From: Chitinophagales bacterium
GTDB taxonomy: Bacteria > Bacteroidota > Bacteroidia > Chitinophagales > LD1
Assembly (NCBI GenBank): GCA_044226285.1
Contig: JBGAHI010000006.1
Span: forward strand, 192,996 to 256,995
Length of the DNA stretch: 64,000 bases
Direction of reading: 5' to 3'
The position numbers and the translations under genes were made by a program. This document shows, piece after piece, positions 9,971 through 18,778 of the stretch (position 1 is the stretch's first letter; each line of letters begins with the position of its first letter). The notes beneath the pieces are model-generated. The model was not told where the DNA came from. It ran no database searches and saw only the letters and a program-made list of their open reading frames with translations.

Positions 9971-10300
9971 TTACTTTTGTTTGCAGGTGAATTGTTTGTC
10001 GTTATAGTACTCGGTATATTGATCGGTTGCTGCGCTGTTAGAACAAAAATCTTTCACAGAGGTTGATGTTGTGGATGTACACACAAAACCACGACCAATC
10101 AACGAATCTTTTCGTGCCAAATTATTGGCATATTTATCAGGAGTTGTAGAGTCGGAACACAGCGTTTTGCTTTGTAACACGGCCCCGGTATTATCTTTCA
10201 ATTCGCAATATTCGCAAATATTTGAACAAGTAAAACACTTCTTACACGAAGAAAAAGTGAGTATTCCCAGTAAGCCAATCACAAAAAAGAAGTACTTCAT
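9971..10300 (-). CDS. Small Cys-rich lipoprotein, unknown function
   Basis: Lipoprotein signal MKYFFFVIGLLGILTFSSC followed by CKKCFTCSNICEYC. One-nt gap to the downstream CDGSH gene. Confidence 0.6.
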   Translation of the reverse strand: MKYFFFVIGLLGILTFSSCKKCFTCSNICEYCELKDNTGAVLQSKTLCSDSTTPDKYANNLARKDSLIGRGFVCTSTTSTSVKDFCSNSAATDQYTEYYNDKQFTCKQK

Positions 10301-10445
10301 AACGGTTTTAAAGTTTAGCGGAAGAACAGTAAAATTTACGATGACAAAGTAAAGAAAAGATTCTTCTTCACCTAACGGAATTTCTGATTTGTCTGAATTC
10401 TTATGGCAGGAATGTCAACTTGTCTTTCTCCTTATTGAAATTTCA

Positions 10446-10457
10446 TGGCAATTGCCA
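10446..10457. promoter_or_regulatory. Perfect 12-bp palindrome TGGCAATTGCCA upstream of groES
   Basis: Read directly from the sequence, about 100 nt upstream of the groES ATG. TGGCA/TGCCA half-sites recur at 10404-10408 and 10464-10468. Confidence 0.35.
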
Positions 10458-10557
10458 ATTTTTCTGCCAAAATGAAAGGATTTTTGTGGTGGCACAGAAT
10501 ATGTATCATTTGGCTCGTAAATCAATTTTTACTAAACAAAATTATATCCAAAAAACT

Positions 10558-10836
10558 ATGGCAGATGTAAACATTAAACCACTTGCAGACCGAGTAGTGG
10601 TAAAAGCAGCAGAAGCAGAAACGAAAACAGCGAGCGGAATCATTATTCCGGATACCGCTAAAGAGAAACCACAAAGAGGTACAGTAGTAGCTGTAGGTCC
10701 GGGTAAAAAAGACGAACCAACCACAGTTAAAGTAGGCGATACTATTTTGTATGGCAAATATTCAGGAACGGAAATCACTATCGATGGCGTTGAATATTTG
10801 ATGATGCGCGAATCCGATATTTTCGCGATCGTTTAA
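10558..10836 (+). CDS. groES: Co-chaperonin GroES
   Basis: [49 protein letters not shown]... The upstream part of the listed ORF (10420-10557) is non-homologous extension. Confidence 0.95.
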   Translation: MADVNIKPLADRVVVKAAEAETKTASGIIIPDTAKEKPQRGTVVAVGPGKKDEPTTVKVGDTILYGKYSGTEITIDGVEYLMMRESDIFAIV

Positions 10837-10872
10837 TCTAACCAACATTCATTCTTAAATAATAAACAGTAA

Positions 10873-12525
<1,653 letters not shown>

Positions 12526-12548
12526 TCATTTGCTTTGAAAAAATGGAG

Positions 12549-12580
12549 AACGGCTACCTAAAGGTAGCCGTTTTTGTTTT
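12549..12580 (+). terminator. Rho-independent terminator after groEL
   Basis: Stem AACGGCTACC / GGTAGCCGTT with a TAAA loop, followed by a T-run. Confidence 0.8.
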
Positions 12581-12611
12581 ATTTTGAATACCTTTCGATA
12601 CTTACTCAACC

Positions 12612-13277
12612 ATGAAAATCAAACGAAAACATCAATTCCTTTTTGCATTACTTGGTTTATTGCATGTTTGTTTCGCGCAGAAGAACATTGAATTGAGCGA
12701 TACAGTTAATCATCGTTACTTATCAATACAAATAGATACTTGTACCCATGATGGAGCTTGTAGTGGTAAAGGAATTGTTAGGCTAAAAAATATAAATGGG
12801 AAAGTCGTTCAATCGTTCACAATAGGAAACATGTTTTTTTCGAAAAATAACGATTTAGACAAGGAAACACTTGGCCCGGTTACTTTTAGAGACTTCAATT
12901 TTGACGGCTATAACGATTTAGCCATTGTAAACGGTAACAGCGGAAATTATTCATTTACTTCATATGCTATCTATTTGTTCTCGCCAGAACAACATCGCTT
13001 TCTACTGAATAAAGAACTAACAGCATTGAGTAACGAATCGATGGGGTTATTCGAAAATGATAAAAAGCGAAAACGAATTATAACACATGCAAAAGGAGGC
13101 TTTACAGCTTCTGTTGATCAAGAATTTGTATTTGAAACGCCTTACCATATCCAAAACGTTTTAATACGACTCATTAATATACATGAAAATATAGTAGAAG
13201 AAAAAACAAATACATTCAATAATGGAAAATGGATAACAACGAATAGAAGTTACATGATCAAAGAGAATAAAAAATAA
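12612..13277 (+). CDS. Secreted hypothetical protein with FG-GAP-like Ca-binding motif
   Basis: Signal peptide LFALLGLLHVCFAQ and a DFNFDGYNDLAIVNG (DxNxDGxxD) motif. Confidence 0.55.
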   Translation: MKIKRKHQFLFALLGLLHVCFAQKNIELSDTVNHRYLSIQIDTCTHDGACSGKGIVRLKNINGKVVQSFTIGNMFFSKNNDLDKETLGPVTFRDFNFDGYNDLAIVNGNSGNYSFTSYAIYLFSPEQHRFLLNKELTALSNESMGLFENDKKRKRIITHAKGGFTASVDQEFVFETPYHIQNVLIRLINIHENIVEEKTNTFNNGKWITTNRSYMIKENKK

Positions 13278-13284
13278 CAGCAAA

Positions 13285-13692
13285 CTACTTTGCGAAAATC
13301 AGCAAATTGTTGATGGAGAAATTCCATATCATACTCACACCGATGGCCATAATCTTAGCCACGTAGAAATTGATTTTAAACTTCTCGTTTAACACGTAAA
13401 TAATCAGATTGCCAATCAGCAAACTGAACGCCATTGAAGCCATAAACTTAAGGGCTTGCGTTTGGATATCTACATCGTGACTATGAAAGGTCCACAGTCG
13501 GTTGAGTGTAAAATTATAAATAGCGGCACATACAAAACCACAGGTATTTGCTACATATTGATTTAATCTGATTTTCTCCTTGCCGGTATAGGTAACGGCC
13601 ATATCGATAAGGAAAGAGGAAAATCCTACAACTGCGAATTTGAAAATTTTAAAAAAGAGTTCGTTGCTCAACATAGATTCAATGGCGGGCAA
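13285..13692 (-). CDS. GtrA family membrane protein
   Basis: 135 aa, 4 TM helices, with FKFAVVGFSSFLIDMAVTY and NRLWTF motifs typical of GtrA-like proteins. Confidence 0.7.
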   Translation of the reverse strand: MPAIESMLSNELFFKIFKFAVVGFSSFLIDMAVTYTGKEKIRLNQYVANTCGFVCAAIYNFTLNRLWTFHSHDVDIQTQALKFMASMAFSLLIGNLIIYVLNEKFKINFYVAKIMAIGVSMIWNFSINNLLIFAK

Positions 13693-13756
13693 ATATTCAT
13701 TTTCTTGTTGAAGAAATCAAACTAAAAAAGGATTTAACAAGAGACACAACAAGTAA

Positions 13757-14149
13757 CTATACGTTTTTATAAAGTTGATAGGCAAATGTTAACCATCCGG
13801 AGATGAAGAAAACACCTCCAATTGGAGTAATTGGACCAATTAGAACTGTTGGAAACTGCAATATATGATTCAATGATAAAATATATAAAGAGCCGGAAAA
13901 GCATAGCACACCCAAAATGAACAATAGTACAGGTAAGTGAAACGCTTTTTGTGAAAAAAGCTGCGCTGAAAGCAAAGCAACTAAAGCCGCTAACACGTGC
14001 ACAAACTGATAGAACACCGCTTTGTTGTAAATGTCTTTTTGATAATCGTTAAGGTAGGGCTTTAATGCGTGAGCACCAAAAGCACCTAAACAAACAGCTA
14101 TTCCGCCTAAAAGAGTTACAAGAACAAAAAGTGATTTTCGATTATTCAT
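13757..14149 (-). CDS. DUF423 (YgdD/TMEM256-like) membrane protein
   Basis: 130 aa, 4 TM helices, with the GAFGAHALK motif. Confidence 0.7.
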   Translation of the reverse strand: MNNRKSLFVLVTLLGGIAVCLGAFGAHALKPYLNDYQKDIYNKAVFYQFVHVLAALVALLSAQLFSQKAFHLPVLLFILGVLCFSGSLYILSLNHILQFPTVLIGPITPIGGVFFISGWLTFAYQLYKNV

Positions 14150-14739
14150 TAGTTGGGAACTTTAAACATATATACTGCAGCTACAAATATTTTCACCGCG
14201 ATTGCAATAAGTATTACGCCAAAAAACTTTTTGAAAGCGGCTAATACAGCATCGCCAATTTTCTCTTCCAACCAATCTACTGAACGTAAAACTACATACA
14301 CAAAAAGTAAGTTCAAGAGAATCCCTACTAAAATGTTCGGAATAGTATATACCGAACGAAGCGACATAATTGTAGTCAACGTCCCTGAACCGGCTAATAG
14401 TGGGAATCCTAGCGGTACAATGCTTCCTGATTTACCAATTTCCTTTTCCGTTTTGAAAAGATTTATGCCCAGCACGAGTTCGATGCCTAAAATAAAAATC
14501 ACTATTGAACCGGCAACAGCAAACGATTGTACGTCCACCCCCATCAAGGCTAGTAAACGCTCACCTACAAAAAGAAATAAGACCATTAAAAAACCCGCAA
14601 ACAGTGTGGCTGTAGCGGGTTTAAATTCTATTTCCTTACTTTTTAATCCAATAATTACAGGCAAACCTCCTATTACATCAATCACCGCAAAAAGTGTAAA
14701 TGTAATGGTTAATATATCGGCTAGAACAAGTGTGCCCAT
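14149..14739 (-). CDS. MarC family (UPF0056/NAAT) integral membrane protein
   Basis: 196 aa, 6 TM helices, with LFAVIDVIGGLPV and PLGFPLLAGSGTLTT motifs. Confidence 0.8.
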   Translation of the reverse strand: MGTLVLADILTITFTLFAVIDVIGGLPVIIGLKSKEIEFKPATATLFAGFLMVLFLFVGERLLALMGVDVQSFAVAGSIVIFILGIELVLGINLFKTEKEIGKSGSIVPLGFPLLAGSGTLTTIMSLRSVYTIPNILVGILLNLLFVYVVLRSVDWLEEKIGDAVLAAFKKFFGVILIAIAVKIFVAAVYMFKVPN

Positions 14740-14742
14740 GTA

Positions 14743-15963
14743 TTAACGATGATCGTCTGCGCCAAATCCTTCACCTTCAGAACCCATATGGGCAGAGCTG
14801 GAAGTGTTAGGCGTAGAATGGTCATCTCCTTTGCGTGATTGCTTTGCTTCAATACTTAAAGTAGCGTGAGGCACAATGCGTAAACGGTTTTTATCGATTA
14901 ACTTACCGGTTACGCGGCAAATACCATAGGTTTTGTTCTCCACGCGCACTAAAGCCATTTCTAAGTCGCGAATAAATTTATTTTGACGAGAAATCTGATT
15001 CATTAGATATTCCATTTCTGAAGTATCAGAACCTTCTTCCAAGTTCCAAGCCTTATTGCCCTCTTGACTATCGGTGTGGTTCTCCAATGAACTCTTTAAG
15101 TTCACTAACTCCTCACGAGCAGACTCTAATTTTTTATCAATTATTCCTTTAAATTCTCTCAAATCCTCATCGCTGTAGCGTAACTGAGTTGGTTTATTGT
15201 ATGATGGTGTTTCTTCTTTCACTTCTGGTTTCTTCAAAAATATCAATGCTTTTGCTGGCAATTCTTCTTTAATAACTTTCTTTGGTTTCGGCACTTTAAC
15301 TTTAGGGAGTTTTTCAACAACCTCCTTTTTCGGTTTTACTTCTACTACCGGAGCAGCTTTTACAGCTTTTTCTTTCAATGCAATTGGTTTTTTATCCGCC
15401 TTTTTAGCAGCAGGTTTTGTAGGAACTACTACTTTTTTAGCAACTGGCTTTGGAGCAGGCTTTACTGCTTTCTTTGCACTTACCGGAGCTGATTTTTTTA
15501 CAACAGGCTTAATTGCCTTTTTTACTATTGGCTTAGCTGACTTAACTGCTTTTTTAGGAGCCGGTTTAGCAGCTTTCTTTGCCACCGGTTTTACTACTTT
15601 CTTGGGAGCAGGGTTAGCGGCTTTTTTAGCAACCGGTTTAACCACTTTCTTAGGAGCAGGTTTAGCGGCTTTTTTAGCCACCTGTTTTACTACTTTCTTT
15701 AGAGCAGGTTTAGCGACTTTCTTAACAACGGGCTTAACGACCTTCTTAGGAGCAGGTTTAGCGGCTTTTTTAGCAATAGGCTTAGCCACTTTTTTAGCAA
15801 CAGGTTTAGCTGCCACTTTTTTAGGAGCAGGTTTAGCTGCTTTCTTAGGTGCAGCAGATTTTACAGCCTTTTTAGCCACCGGTTTAACGGCTTTCTTAGG
15901 TGCAGGTTTTGCTCCTTTTTTGGGAGAAGCTTGCTTAGCTGTTGTTTTTTTTGTTTTAGCCAT
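14743..15963 (-). CDS. DksA/TraR-family regulator fused to N-terminal histone-H1-like Lys/Ala/Pro repeat domain
   Basis: The C-terminal ~149 aa has a DksA-like coiled coil plus YGICRVTGKLIDKNRLRIVPHATLSIEAK. The N-terminal ~255 aa is (AKKAAKPAPKKVVKPV)n. The ATG at 15963 is preferred. Confidence 0.8.
   Translation of the reverse strand: MAKTKKTTAKQASPKKGAKPAPKKAVKPVAKKAVKSAAPKKAAKPAPKKVAAKPVAKKVAKPIAKKAAKPAPKKVVKPVVKKVAKPALKKVVKQVAKKAAKPAPKKVVKPVAKKAANPAPKKVVKPVAKKAAKPAPKKAVKSAKPIVKKAIKPVVKKSAPVSAKKAVKPAPKPVAKKVVVPTKPAAKKADKKPIALKEKAVKAAPVVEVKPKKEVVEKLPKVKVPKPKKVIKEELPAKALIFLKKPEVKEETPSYNKPTQLRYSDEDLREFKGIIDKKLESAREELVNLKSSLENHTDSQEGNKAWNLEEGSDTSEMEYLMNQISRQNKFIRDLEMALVRVENKTYGICRVTGKLIDKNRLRIVPHATLSIEAKQSRKGDDHSTPNTSSSAHMGSEGEGFGADDHR
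15553..15925. repeat. Imperfect 48-bp (24-bp sub-period) tandem repeats inside the DksA-fusion CDS
   Basis: Units such as AGGAGCAGGTTTAGCGGCTTTTTTAGCAACCGGTTTAACCACTTTCTT recur about 7-8 times head to tail, encoding AKKAAKPAPKKVVKPV. Confidence 0.85.
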
Positions 15964-16056
15964 GTTCAAAAAATTTTGCGCGAAATTAGCTATTTTACTC
16001 AATACAAGAATTTCCACGTTGAAAAATTTCAGGCGAAGGTAAAATATTTTTAAAAA

Positions 16057-16758
16057 TTAATGTTTAAACTTTGCCTTTACCTCATCTTTATAAACCTTGC
16101 CAACTGGCAATGCGTGACCATCTTTTAATGTCACTGAAGTACTTGTAATTGTTCTAACAAATTTAGTATTAGCAATATAGGATTTATGAATTCTAACGAA
16201 ATTCTGCTCAGGAAGCGTTTTCTCCAGATTCTTTAGCGCTTCTAACGTAACCACAAAATTCTTCTCCAATACAATTTTTACATATTCTCCCAATCCCTCT
16301 ATATAACGAATTTCATCCAAAAGTATTTTAACTACTTTGTAATCAGATTTTACAGTGATATAGTTCGGCTTTTCGAGAATATCTTTTTGGTCGATGTTTT
16401 TATAGGATAATTGGGCTTTAGCTCGCTCAACAGACCGTTGAAAACGGTCAAATGAAAATGGTTTTACTAAATAATCTACAACGTCTAAGTTGTAAGCATC
16501 AAGTGCTTTGTCGTGGTTTGCTGTTGTAATTACAGTGATAGGGCGTTTTTCCAATTTGGACAACATCTCAATGCCTGTCATTCCGGGCATTTGAATATCC
16601 AAAAACAATAAATCCACCTCATTTTTTTGCAAAAATTCCAAGGCTTCTGCTCCTGAAGTACATTTCCCAACAATCTCACATTCTGCCAATTTAAGCGAGA
16701 AATTTTCAAGTATCTTCAACGAAGGAAATTCATCATCTACGAGTAAGGTTCTAATCAT
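16057..16758 (-). CDS. LytTR-family response regulator
   Basis: REC domain (LLVDDE...DLLFLDIQMPGMTG...KPF) plus a C-terminal LytTR DNA-binding domain (IRYIEGLGEYVKI...RIHKSYI). Confidence 0.9.
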   Translation of the reverse strand: MIRTLLVDDEFPSLKILENFSLKLAECEIVGKCTSGAEALEFLQKNEVDLLFLDIQMPGMTGIEMLSKLEKRPITVITTANHDKALDAYNLDVVDYLVKPFSFDRFQRSVERAKAQLSYKNIDQKDILEKPNYITVKSDYKVVKILLDEIRYIEGLGEYVKIVLEKNFVVTLEALKNLEKTLPEQNFVRIHKSYIANTKFVRTITSTSVTLKDGHALPVGKVYKDEVKAKFKH

Positions 16759-16788
16759 TTTAGCTTGTTTGAAAGTGTAATTTAATCT

Positions 16789-17853
16789 TTAAAACGGAAT
16801 CTTCATGGCTGCTTGAAACGAATCTTTAGTTTCTTTAAATCTCAACTGCCCTCCCGGTTCATAATTAATCTGAAATCTACGCTTCAAATTTTCAATACCT
16901 ATTCCTCCGGGTGAAGAAGCAGGCTCCGTTATAGGCGACTTACTGTTTTTTACCGAAAAATAAATGTACGAACTTCTCACCGTACAAACAATCTCCATAT
17001 AAGCCTTCTTATTACTTGAAAAATCGCCATGTTTGAAAGCGTTTTCAATTAAAGGGGTAAACAAGTTGGGGACAATCATACGGTCTTTAAAATTACCGTT
17101 TTTCTCGAATGTAATGCGAATGGGCTCTGAAAATTTGAGTTGAAAAAGTTCCAACAACGATTCTACACATACAATCTCATTTTCCAAGTTTACCTTGGGT
17201 TGGTTGCAGTCGTAAAGCATATAACGCAACAACTCCGATAGTTTTAGAATCATTTCAGGCGTACGTGGAGAATTCTCTAATGATAATGAATAGATATTGT
17301 TGATGGAATTAAACAAAAAGTGTGGGTTTATTTGCTCCCGAAGGAATTTCAATTCTGCTTCAAATTTACGGGCACGAAGCTCCAACAACTCGCGTTCAAA
17401 ATAAGACCTCGACATAGCCATCTTCAACAACGTGCTTAAGCTAAGCATGATAAAGATGGTAACGCCAATCCAAACCACATAACGCACGTTGTAAGTGAAT
17501 ACTTTCACATCTTCCGGTACTTGAAAAAAGGCAACTTCAATGATGTATTGGGCTGTGGGTGCCAGAATCAACATCGCCACCATAGCAATAGAATATGCCC
17601 TAAAATCTCCGCGTTCAAAGAACTCAGGCATAATCCACAAAAAGTTGATATAGAATACCAAAGCATTGAAAAACACAACCAATAGGTTACGCTTCACGGC
17701 ATATCCAATGGGCAAAGTTTGAGTGGCAATAAATGTGGAGGCGCCAAAGAATAATAGCCAAAATACAAAGTGAAGGATTCCTGTAAAGTTTATCCCTTTC
17801 GATTCTTTAGTGCTGTTTTGCAGCTTGGTGCCGATATTTGTTAAAATTCCCAC
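16789..17853 (-). CDS. Sensor histidine kinase, LytS/YehU type (His_kinase domain)
   Basis: N-terminal TM helices, then FLREQINPHFLFNSINNI (phospho-His box of the PF06580 type) and a C-terminal ATPase region with GGIGIENLKRR. Confidence 0.85.
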   Translation of the reverse strand: MGILTNIGTKLQNSTKESKGINFTGILHFVFWLLFFGASTFIATQTLPIGYAVKRNLLVVFFNALVFYINFLWIMPEFFERGDFRAYSIAMVAMLILAPTAQYIIEVAFFQVPEDVKVFTYNVRYVVWIGVTIFIMLSLSTLLKMAMSRSYFERELLELRARKFEAELKFLREQINPHFLFNSINNIYSLSLENSPRTPEMILKLSELLRYMLYDCNQPKVNLENEIVCVESLLELFQLKFSEPIRITFEKNGNFKDRMIVPNLFTPLIENAFKHGDFSSNKKAYMEIVCTVRSSYIYFSVKNSKSPITEPASSPGGIGIENLKRRFQINYEPGGQLRFKETKDSFQAAMKIPF

Positions 17854-17914
17854 GATGCGAATGTATGCATTGATTTTTCATTTCGTTATACTAAAAAGGT
17901 ATTTGATTGAAGTT

Positions 17915-18706
17915 ATGCCAAACGGCTCAATAAAACATAGACTTTTAAGCATGATTTCAACGGCCATAGGCATTTTTGCCAAAATTTTCACCATCAGCTT
18001 TATTCGGTATTTGGTATTTGCGGGTGCAGCGTATCTGTTTTTTTACGTTTGGAAAAAAGAAAAATTTCTTGCCCTTAAAATACAACAGAAATTCCCTACA
18101 AGCCTTGTTATCCGAAACGAATTTGTTTACTCGGTTATTTCAATTTTACTTTTTTCATTGGTTGGTCTTGGTGTTTCGTTGCTTCATCGTACCGGATACA
18201 CTAAAATTTATGAAACCTTTTCAGACTATGGTTGGGGTTATTTTTTACTGAGTACTCTTCTCATGATTTTGGCCCACGACACCTATTTTTATTGGATGCA
18301 TCGTTTGATTCACGATAAGCGAATCTACAAATATGTACACAAAGTTCATCATCAATCCATTAACCCTACACCATGGGCAGCTTTTAGTTTCCACCCTACC
18401 GAAGCCATTTTGGAAGTAGGCATTTTACCGATTATGGTTTTTCTAATTCCGCTTCATCCTTTAGCCATCATCACATGGATTCTGTTCATGACCTTTATGA
18501 ATGTGTTAGGGCATTTAGGCTTTGAAATTTTCAAGAAAGGATTTGTAAAAAATAGTATTACACGCTGGTCGAATACCTCTGTACATCACAATATGCATCA
18601 CAAATACGCGCAATACAATTATGGACTCTATTTCAATTTTTGGGATTGGGCCATGAAAACGAACCATCCTGAATACATCGTAGAATTTAACAAGATTGCC
18701 CGCTAA
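17915..18706 (+). CDS. Fatty acid hydroxylase/sterol desaturase family protein
   Basis: HDTYFYWMHRLIH, HKVHHQS and HHNMHH histidine boxes. The start is uncertain: the ORF opens at 17810 but overlaps the divergent kinase, so the ATG at 17915 is chosen. Confidence 0.7.
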   Translation: MPNGSIKHRLLSMISTAIGIFAKIFTISFIRYLVFAGAAYLFFYVWKKEKFLALKIQQKFPTSLVIRNEFVYSVISILLFSLVGLGVSLLHRTGYTKIYETFSDYGWGYFLLSTLLMILAHDTYFYWMHRLIHDKRIYKYVHKVHHQSINPTPWAAFSFHPTEAILEVGILPIMVFLIPLHPLAIITWILFMTFMNVLGHLGFEIFKKGFVKNSITRWSNTSVHHNMHHKYAQYNYGLYFNFWDWAMKTNHPEYIVEFNKIAR

Positions 18707-18778
18707 ACTTCTTATTCTTCTTTACGCCTAAATAGTTATTATCTATTATTTTATATATTTAGAAAACAAAACCAAAAT

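Noticed and set aside
10490-10505. TGGCAC-N5 sequence upstream of groES as a possible sigma-54 promoter
   Set aside because: The -12 element would read ATGTA instead of TTGCA/GC, so the essential GC dinucleotide is missing.
10420-10557. N-terminal 46-aa extension of groES in the supplied ORF ([15 protein letters not shown]...)
   Set aside because: GroES homology begins at [15 protein letters not shown] (ATG 10558). The extension covers the promoter/palindrome region and has no homology.
14153-14746. 197-aa + strand ORF exactly mirroring the MarC gene
   Set aside because: The minus-strand product has six clean TM helices and MarC motifs. The + strand product is low-complexity Ser/Thr/Asn/Pro with no features, so it is a shadow ORF.
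15553-15925. Regular tandem repeats that could superficially resemble a CRISPR array or satellite
   Set aside because: The units are contiguous with no unique spacers, maintain an open reading frame encoding KAPK units, and lie inside a CDS. No cas genes are in the window.
15197-16042. 281-aa + strand ORF rich in Phe/Gly/Ala/Thr/Leu repeats
   Set aside because: It is the antisense reading of the Lys/Ala/Pro repeat codons (AAA/GCN/CCN) of the DksA fusion gene. It extends past that gene's start, has no independent signals, and its repetitiveness mirrors the sense repeats.
17810-17914. Upstream extension of the second fatty-acid-hydroxylase ORF, overlapping the divergent histidine kinase start by 44 nt
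   Set aside because: Head-to-head overlap of divergent coding regions is unlikely. The extension (MLFCSLVPIFVKIPTMRMYALIF...) lies antisense to the kinase N-terminus, so an internal ATG (17915) is preferred. The exact start remains uncertain.
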